DNA of 64,000 nucleotides, taken from NCBI GenBank assembly GCA_005790505.1, contig SXUP01000052.1:2490-66489 (forward strand). Reading direction: 5' to 3'. Made by a program: the position numbers and the translations under genes. Below the pieces are notes generated by a model that was not told where the DNA came from, did not search any database, and was given only the letters and a program-made list of their open reading frames with translations. Source of the stretch: Actinomycetota bacterium. Its GTDB lineage: Bacteria; Actinomycetota; Acidimicrobiia; Acidimicrobiales; Ilumatobacteraceae. This document shows, one piece after another, positions 57,553-64,000 of this stretch (the stretch's first letter is position 1; every line of letters starts with the position of its first letter).

Positions 57553-59508
57553 ATGGCTCTACTGGACAGCATCAACGAACCTAAAGACTTACGCGAATTG
57601 TCGCTGCCCGAGTTGGAGCAACTCGCCGATGAAATTCGTGACTTTATTGTGCGCGCCGTCAGCGAAACAGGCGGTCACCTAGGCAGCAATCTCGGTGCCG
57701 TGGAACTTTCTCTTGCATTGCATCGCGTATTTGAGAGCCCCACCGATGCCATCTTGTGGGATACGGGACATCAGGCCTATGTCCACAAAATCGTCACTGG
57801 TCGTCGCGGAATGTTCGGTGAACTGCGTCAAGGCGGTGGTCTTTCTGGTTACCCCAGCCGTGAAGAAAGCCCACATGACTTCATCGAGAACAGTCATGCG
57901 TCCACCGTGCTTAGTTACGCCCACGGCCTGGCAGTCGCCCGTGATGCAGGTACAAATTCTCATCGCCATATTGTTGCCGTTATCGGTGATGGCTCAATGA
58001 CAGGCGGGATGGCATACGAGGCTCTCAATAACTTGGGTCACAGCGGTCGTCGTGTGATCATTGTGCTTAACGACAATGGTCGAAGCTATGCACCCACGAT
58101 TTCAAATCTCACTTCGCTAGTTGCCTCTGATGACGCAACTAAAATCAACCAGACACCAGACTTCTCAGATCGAGTAACTGAAAAATTATCGCGCATACTG
58201 ACCAGCATCCGCCTCAACCCGATTTACGTCAGGCGCCAACGCAAAATTGAAAACTTTCTGCGTGACTTGCCGTTGTTGGGTAAACCAGCAGAACAGGGAA
58301 TGGACGCCTTCAAGGCAGCAGTTCGTGAATTTTTGCAACCACCATCATTTTTTGAAGCACTAGGGGTTCGATATGTCGGACCGCTTGATGGGCACGACAT
58401 GAAAGCCCTTGAAAATGCTCTGGGGGCGGCCCAATTGCGTGCAGAAGAGGGTCCTATTGTTGTTCATGTCCTGACTCAAAAAGGTCGCGGTTACCCACCT
58501 GCCGAAGATGACGATGAAAAAAATTTGCACGATGCCCCCGTCTTTGATCCGATTACTGGTCCCGATAAAAGTGTCCCTACTGGCTATACCCAGGCATTCT
58601 CCGACTCACTTGTCAAAGAAGCAGAGAATGACCCACGCATCATGGCCATCACTGCTGCAATGCCTGGCCCAACAGGCTTACTAAATTTTCAAGAACGATT
58701 TCCACGACGTTTTCTTGATGTTGGAATCGCCGAGCAACATGCCGTCACCACGGCAGCTGGAATGGCAATGGGTGGACTTCGCCCTGTCGTTGCTTTGTAC
58801 TCCACTTTTTTGTCGCGAGCCTGGGACCAGGTGGTTTATGACGTCGCGCTGCATCGTCTTCCAGTGGTTTTTTGCCTTGACCGATCTGGCATCACCGGCG
58901 ATGATGGCCCCAGCCACCACGGCATCTACGACATGGCATTGCTCTCCAAGGTTCCAGGAATGCGAGTATTGGCGCCGTCAAGCGTTCAAGAATTTCAGCA
59001 AATGATTCACGATGCAATGACGCTCGCCAATGACGGACCAGTGGCGATTCGTTATCCAAAGGGTGCAGCACGTCAGGTGGACGACCACGATGTTGGCTCG
59101 GGTCTTCAGGCCCGCATGTTGCTTGCTGGAGATGGCTCACTGTGCATCCTTGCTATTGGCAAAATGGTTGGTGCAGCACTCCAAGCAGCCCAACAACTTG
59201 CCACAAACAACATCAATGCAACCGTGTGGGATGTCAGGTCATGCTCACCACTTGACCAAGACATGATCAAGCATGCATCAACCTATTCACATGTCATCAC
59301 GATTGAAGACGGTATTCGTGATGGAGGCATTGGCATCGGCATCGCTGATGCCATCGCTGCTCTAAAAACTGGCACCACAGTGTCAGTATTGGGTATTCCC
59401 AAACAATTCATTCCACAGGCAAAGCCCAGTGTTATCCTGGCGCGCCTCGGTCTTGACGCTGATGGAATCGTCAGAGTTGCCCAACAACTCATCAAGCAAC
59501 CCCAATGA
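57553..59508 (+). CDS. dxs: 1-deoxy-D-xylulose-5-phosphate synthase
   Basis: GGHLGSNLGAVELSLALH, WDTGHQAYVHKI, IGDGSMTGGMAYEALN, DVGIAEQHAV, GPSHHG. Confidence 0.95.
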   Translation: MALLDSINEPKDLRELSLPELEQLADEIRDFIVRAVSETGGHLGSNLGAVELSLALHRVFESPTDAILWDTGHQAYVHKIVTGRRGMFGELRQGGGLSGYPSREESPHDFIENSHASTVLSYAHGLAVARDAGTNSHRHIVAVIGDGSMTGGMAYEALNNLGHSGRRVIIVLNDNGRSYAPTISNLTSLVASDDATKINQTPDFSDRVTEKLSRILTSIRLNPIYVRRQRKIENFLRDLPLLGKPAEQGMDAFKAAVREFLQPPSFFEALGVRYVGPLDGHDMKALENALGAAQLRAEEGPIVVHVLTQKGRGYPPAEDDDEKNLHDAPVFDPITGPDKSVPTGYTQAFSDSLVKEAENDPRIMAITAAMPGPTGLLNFQERFPRRFLDVGIAEQHAVTTAAGMAMGGLRPVVALYSTFLSRAWDQVVYDVALHRLPVVFCLDRSGITGDDGPSHHGIYDMALLSKVPGMRVLAPSSVQEFQQMIHDAMTLANDGPVAIRYPKGAARQVDDHDVGSGLQARMLLAGDGSLCILAIGKMVGAALQAAQQLATNNINATVWDVRSCSPLDQDMIKHASTYSHVITIEDGIRDGGIGIGIADAIAALKTGTTVSVLGIPKQFIPQAKPSVILARLGLDADGIVRVAQQLIKQPQ

Positions 59509-60281
59509 ACGAAGATCTACGTTCTGAACTTACTTTTGCACTTGAACTTGCCGATACTGCAGATGCAATCACTCTTTCTAACTTCATAAATCACACCTTC
59601 AGCGTTGATTTCAAAGACAATCTCACAGAGGTAACAAACGCCGATCGCGACACCGAATCTGCTCTGGTGAATGCAATTAGGCAATATCGACCACACCATG
59701 CCTGGTACGGCGAAGAGCACGGCTCTGGCGGTGACGGTGAATACACGTGGGTCATTGACCCCATTGATGGCACATCAAACTTTGTGCGCGGTGTTCCAGT
59801 GTGGGCAACATTGATCGGGCTTGTGCATCGCGACCGGGGTCCGGTGCTCGGCGTCGTGTCAGCCCCGGCACTACACACACGCTGGTGGGGACATGAGGGT
59901 TCCGGAGCATTTTGCAACGGACAGTCCATTCATGTCAGCGATGTGAATTTGATATACGACTCACACCTCTCTATTACGACGAACGATGCATGGAACAGGG
60001 CTGGGAAAAGCCAAAACATTGCGCGGCTGACACAAACCGTCAAACGCGTGCGTGGCTTTGGCGATTTTTGGCAACATATGTTGGTCGCCCAAGGTGCAAT
60101 AGATATTGCAGTTGACGCAATCGGCCTTGAGCCATACGACATTGCCGCACTAATCCCGATTGTTCACGCGGCAGGCGGAGCCTTTACAGATCGCACTGGT
60201 GCTACCGACTGGCGTAGCAACTCGGCGATTAGTTCAAATAATCTCCTTCATGATGCCGTCATTTCAATTCTTAACTCCTGA
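59505..60281 (+). CDS. hisN: inositol-monophosphatase-family protein, histidinol-phosphatase HisN-like
   Basis: LELADTADAIT..., VTNADRDTE, WVIDPIDGTSNFVRGVPVWATLIGL, YGDFW...AQGAIDIAV. Close in pattern to the mycobacterial HisN I recall. Confidence 0.7.
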   Translation: MNEDLRSELTFALELADTADAITLSNFINHTFSVDFKDNLTEVTNADRDTESALVNAIRQYRPHHAWYGEEHGSGGDGEYTWVIDPIDGTSNFVRGVPVWATLIGLVHRDRGPVLGVVSAPALHTRWWGHEGSGAFCNGQSIHVSDVNLIYDSHLSITTNDAWNRAGKSQNIARLTQTVKRVRGFGDFWQHMLVAQGAIDIAVDAIGLEPYDIAALIPIVHAAGGAFTDRTGATDWRSNSAISSNNLLHDAVISILNS

Positions 60282-60322
60282 TGTATGCCCATTATTAGGA
60301 AAAAGGTACCTGGAGCAAACAA

Positions 60323-60565
60323 TCAGTCGTAGTTGGGACATCGTCCATCGTCATCGTGTTGACTGGCCAGGTAACCACAATCATCACATTCATCATCAGA
60401 ATCAAACTCGGAATCAAAATCAGAGTTTGAGTCGGATTCCCACCTAGATGATCTGGCGGCACGGCGTTGACCTTTTTTCTTTCCGTGTCGATAAGCAAGA
60501 TACGTGACAAAAAGACCCATATGTTCATAATACCTGCAGCATGTTTCATGGATTTGCTCGCTCAA
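60323..60565 (-). CDS. doubtful small ORF (80 aa, TTG start): basic N-terminus, acidic Asp/Ser-rich C-terminus with CDDCG...GRCP
   Basis: ORF only. It competes with an overlapping 84-aa ATG-initiated ORF (60295-60549) in another frame that encodes two hydrophobic helices. All frames are open across a GAT-rich tract. Confidence 0.2.
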   Translation of the reverse strand: MSEQIHETCCRYYEHMGLFVTYLAYRHGKKKGQRRAARSSRWESDSNSDFDSEFDSDDECDDCGYLASQHDDDGRCPNYD

Positions 60566-60578
60566 CTACACTTATCCA

Positions 60579-62327
60579 ATGAGTTTGACTGAGCAGACCG
60601 GCAAGCGCACCGTTATTCGAAACGCCCAATTAGTTGATGGCAGTGGCGCACCTCAAACAACGGCTGATGTCATGTTTGAAGACGGCATCATCCGGGAAAT
60701 TTCGCCTGCAGGTAAAGCACCTACTGCTCATTCACATCGCATCATTGATGCTGACGGTCTACTGCTCACTCCTGGCTGGGTCGATATACACACTCACTAT
60801 GACGCCCAAGCAACGTGGGATCCGTGGCTGACTCCAAGCAGTTGGCACGGAGTCACAACTGCTGTGATGGGTAATTGCGGTGTTGGCTTTGCTCCAGCAC
60901 ATGAAAACCGCCACGAATGGCTAATTGAACTCATGGAAGGCGTTGAAGATATTCCCGGGGCAGCAATGACTCAGGGCATTGCATGGAACTGGGAAACTTT
61001 CCCTCAGTACCTTGACGCACTTGAGCGCACACCGCGCGTGATGGACCTCGGCGCACAAATTGGCCATGGTGCGCTACGAGCATTTGTTATGGGTGAACGT
61101 GGTGCGGCAAACGAATCTGCAACTGACGCAGACATTGAAGCCATGGCAGCCCATGTTGAACAATCAATCCGTGCAGGCGCACTTGGCTTTAGCACTTCGC
61201 GCACGCCAATCCATCGCAGTAAATCCGGTGAACTCGTTCCCGGCACACTTGCCGAGCAAAACGAACTTTTTGCTATCGGCGACGCAGTCCAACGAGCCGG
61301 TGGTGGCGTTTTTCAATTTGCACCCGAACACATCCGACTCGCTTCGGACGAATGGCCTTGGATGCGCGAACTTTCTCGACGCTCACCCGATGTCACTATC
61401 AGCGTCAACCTCAATCAAGCAGACGAAAAGCCAGATATCTGGAGAGATGTTCTCACACTTCTTGACACCGCCCACGATGACAACCTAAACATCGTTTGCC
61501 AAGTCGCTGGTCGCAGTATCGGAATCCTGATGTGTTTAGAGGGAACTCTGCACCCGCTGCTCTTTCATCCCGCCTACACAGAAGTTTCTCACTTGCCCAT
61601 CACAGAACGACTCAAAGCTTTGCGCGACCCCACTCGTCGCGAGCGCATCATCAATCAAGTCCCCAATGATGCAGGATTTTTCGACACAATGGTTCTCAAG
61701 CGCCTACACAAGATGTTCCCCATCACGAGCGCCAATCTTGATTATGAGCCGCCTCGCGATGCGAGCATTGATGCCCTCGCCCTTAAACGACGCATTCCCG
61801 CAATGGAAATAATTCTTGATCAACTCACATCCAACAACGGCACCGGCATGATCTACATGCCTTTTTTCAACTACGCATACGGCGACCTCTCAATGACCCA
61901 CGATCTCACAATGCATCCCCATACTCGAATGGGACTTTCAGATGCCGGCGCACATTGCGGCGCCATCTGCGACGGTGGCACCCCCACATTTATGCTCACA
62001 CATTGGGTTCGTGATCGCCAGCGTGGTCCGCGTCTTGCACTCGAACACATCGTCAAGCGCCAAACCCTCGACACCGCGCAACTCTTTGGTCTGCGTGATC
62101 GTGGACTTATCGCTGAAGGAATGCGTGCAGACTTCAACCTCATCAACTTTGAAGAACTTTCCTTTGACATGCCACGAATGGCATACGACTTCCCTGCCGA
62201 TTCTCGACGTTTGATTCAACGCAGCAAGGGATACGTCGGAACCTTCGTCAATGGCATACAGACAGTCGATCACGACGAGTTCACTGGCGAGTTACCCGGC
62301 GCATTGTTGCGTGGTAAAACTCACTAA
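60579..62327 (+). CDS. N-acyl-D-amino-acid deacylase (D-aminoacylase) family amidohydrolase
   Basis: [20 protein letters not shown], ...[10 protein letters not shown]..., and 582 aa. Confidence 0.75.
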   Translation: MSLTEQTGKRTVIRNAQLVDGSGAPQTTADVMFEDGIIREISPAGKAPTAHSHRIIDADGLLLTPGWVDIHTHYDAQATWDPWLTPSSWHGVTTAVMGNCGVGFAPAHENRHEWLIELMEGVEDIPGAAMTQGIAWNWETFPQYLDALERTPRVMDLGAQIGHGALRAFVMGERGAANESATDADIEAMAAHVEQSIRAGALGFSTSRTPIHRSKSGELVPGTLAEQNELFAIGDAVQRAGGGVFQFAPEHIRLASDEWPWMRELSRRSPDVTISVNLNQADEKPDIWRDVLTLLDTAHDDNLNIVCQVAGRSIGILMCLEGTLHPLLFHPAYTEVSHLPITERLKALRDPTRRERIINQVPNDAGFFDTMVLKRLHKMFPITSANLDYEPPRDASIDALALKRRIPAMEIILDQLTSNNGTGMIYMPFFNYAYGDLSMTHDLTMHPHTRMGLSDAGAHCGAICDGGTPTFMLTHWVRDRQRGPRLALEHIVKRQTLDTAQLFGLRDRGLIAEGMRADFNLINFEELSFDMPRMAYDFPADSRRLIQRSKGYVGTFVNGIQTVDHDEFTGELPGALLRGKTH

Positions 62328-62366
62328 GACGACTCCTGGAGATGTTGACAAACTACGATTAAAACA

Positions 62367-63290
62367 GTGAATACCGCCCAAAAGACAAACCTCGGTCTTG
62401 CGACCGTTGCCATACTTGCTATCGCTACTGTTTTGGCGGCCGCGGCTCTCGGAGGAAAAGAATCAAAGACTGCAACTATTGCTTTGACCACAACTACTAG
62501 CACCGCCAATCCGACTGGCGACCCTGATGGCACTCAGGTGCCTGTAACAAAAAACTTCAGCGGTTCGCGCCCCGCCAATACAGACGGTTCGTGGTTTAGC
62601 GGTCTGCACAAGGGTCAATCCGACTATGCCATGACAAGACTGAGTTGCACCGAATTGCGCCAGTATTTGACACTTGATTTATGTGCTGTGGCAAGCACGT
62701 CACGCGGGTCTTTCATGTTGACAGCCAGCGAGGGTTACTGGGATCCAGCCGAGACGGATGCGGACAACGTAGTCAGTATTCCTTTGTATATGGATGTCTA
62801 TACCTTTTCGTCAGTTGGTGGACCACCACGAGCCATCAAAGATCTTGAAGGAGTTACTACATGGAATTACGAGGCTGACTCTGGGGCGAACACAATTCAG
62901 TTGTATCGGGGAAAGTTGGACGCAGATGAGCTTTTGGTACTGCTTGATACGGGCGGCGAGCAGGACACAAACTTTGAGACAGTCCACATTATTACAATGA
63001 GTCCGACAGGAGCACCACAGGTGGCGGCCACTTACAGCGGTGACGACATTCGCCTCGGTATTGACAAATCAAAATTGATCATTTCGTTCTCTAGATACGG
63101 TCCACCAAAGGGACAAGAGTGTTGTCCTGATTACGCAACAATCATGCAACTAGTGCCAGGACCAGCAGGCTGGACCGAAACCTTTTCTTCAATGTCGCAG
63201 ACTGATGCGCTCCTTGACGGCATGACCCCGTTATCCCTGATTGATAAATATGTATTTCCATCCAAGTCAGTTGAGTCCACGAGCAACTAA
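62367..63290 (+). CDS. hypothetical membrane-anchored extracytoplasmic protein
   Basis: GTG start, one N-terminal TM (LGLATVAILAIATVLAAAAL), a Thr-rich linker, and a ~250-aa domain with 4 Cys. No family recognised. Confidence 0.5.
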   Translation: MNTAQKTNLGLATVAILAIATVLAAAALGGKESKTATIALTTTTSTANPTGDPDGTQVPVTKNFSGSRPANTDGSWFSGLHKGQSDYAMTRLSCTELRQYLTLDLCAVASTSRGSFMLTASEGYWDPAETDADNVVSIPLYMDVYTFSSVGGPPRAIKDLEGVTTWNYEADSGANTIQLYRGKLDADELLVLLDTGGEQDTNFETVHIITMSPTGAPQVAATYSGDDIRLGIDKSKLIISFSRYGPPKGQECCPDYATIMQLVPGPAGWTETFSSMSQTDALLDGMTPLSLIDKYVFPSKSVESTSN

Positions 63291-63307
63291 TCCCCTAGCG
63301 TGACCAT

Positions 63308-64000
63308 ATGCCCGAATTGGTGACACGAGGTCGCACGCTGCAGGTAAATCATCCGCTGATAATGGCTGTTATCAACGCCACACCTGACTCTTTCAGCGAT
63401 GCCGGAGAATTCACAACGCTTGAAGCACGCATGCAACGTGCCCGTGAAGTAGTTGCAGCAGGTGCAGATATTTTGGACGTCGGCGGGCAATCAGCAATTA
63501 CTGGTGTGCCCGAGATTTCTGAGCAGGAAGAAATTGACCGCATTTCACCAGTTATTGAATGGATCGCTGCAAATACTTCAGTTCTGATTTCTGTTGACAC
63601 GTATCGGCCATTAGTTGCACAAGCAGCGCTCAAGAGTGGTGCACACATCATCAATGACATCAGCGGTTTGCTCTATGAAGAACTCGCAGATGTAGTGGCG
63701 TCATATGGCGCAGGTTATGTGCTTATGCATAATCGTGGACGACCCAAAGTTCGACTAACGGATGCCGACTTGTATGACAATGTCGTCACAGACGTGATTT
63801 CGTTTTTGCAGGACAAACTTGGTGTATTGGCAAGTCACAGCGTGACGGCAGCCAATGTGATTCTTGACCCAGGTCCTGATTTTTCGAAAACACCATCACA
63901 AACAGTTGACGTGTTGCGCGCTCTCGACCAAATCACAGCACTCGGGCGTCCAGTGCTCTTGCCAGTCTCGCGCAAAGATTTCATCGGCGCAATTACGCAG
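63308..64000 (+). CDS. folP: dihydropteroate synthase (partial; runs off the window end)
   Basis: My own translation from the ATG at 63308 gives MPELVTRGRTLQVNHPLIMAVINATPDSFSDAGEF...GADILDVGGQS...ISVDTYRPLVAQAALKSGAHIINDISG...VLMHNRG...ILDPGPDFSKT. Confidence 0.85.
   Translation, partial: MPELVTRGRTLQVNHPLIMAVINATPDSFSDAGEFTTLEARMQRAREVVAAGADILDVGGQSAITGVPEISEQEEIDRISPVIEWIAANTSVLISVDTYRPLVAQAALKSGAHIINDISGLLYEELADVVASYGAGYVLMHNRGRPKVRLTDADLYDNVVTDVISFLQDKLGVLASHSVTAANVILDPGPDFSKTPSQTVDVLRALDQITALGRPVLLPVSRKDFIGAITQ

Overview
The window reads as a densely packed chromosomal segment, about half G+C, from an Actinomycetota-type genome. Many stop/start overlaps (ATGA/GTGA) are present. I found no IS element, integrase, CRISPR array or rRNA, and no recognisable transcription factor. 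Most of it is housekeeping backbone whose order matches the Mycobacterium Rv1007c-Rv1026 and Rv0991c-Rv0996 neighbourhoods: sufB (partial), ychF, rsmI, metG, tatD, rsmA, ispE, tRNA-Gln, glmU, prs, rplY, pth, mfd, mazG, eno, ftsB-like, then DUF501, ppx and a RimJ-like GNAT, and later moaC/moaA/moeA, galU, an FmdB-like gene, a SAF-domain gene, uppP, pmbA/tldD, dxs, hisN-like and folP (partial). Two blocks interrupt this backbone. (1) About 14 kb (19.8-34.0 kb) lies between the ftsB-like gene and DUF501. It carries a form-II CoxL-type molybdenum hydroxylase (AYRGAGR motif) whose large subunit is separated from coxS/coxM by an ABC-2 transporter operon, plus PAP2, a divergent SDR, an FAD oxidase, CoxD/CoxE (MoxR/VWA), two XdhC-type genes, a MocA-like gene and CoxG. 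(2) About 10 kb (36.1-46.1 kb) ends at tRNA-Ala. It carries a subtilisin-FN3 protease back-to-back with a 620-aa secreted protein that has a 7 x 15-bp PSNQP tandem repeat and Ca-binding-type Asp motifs, a His-rich basic small ORF, two crotonases, queF, a pfkB kinase, an MFS transporter and an acyl-CoA ligase. I could not identify a known defence or mobile system. The observations I rate highest are a GlmU lacking the C-terminal acetyltransferase catalytic region, a cysteine-free FmdB/Ruc-type protein, the coxL/ABC/coxSM arrangement, the protease/repeat-protein pair, a crotonase translationally coupled between moaA and moaC, and a possible GlpR-like membrane protein near the MoeA/Glp positional orthologue. 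All homology calls come from reading motifs in the translations, not from database searches.
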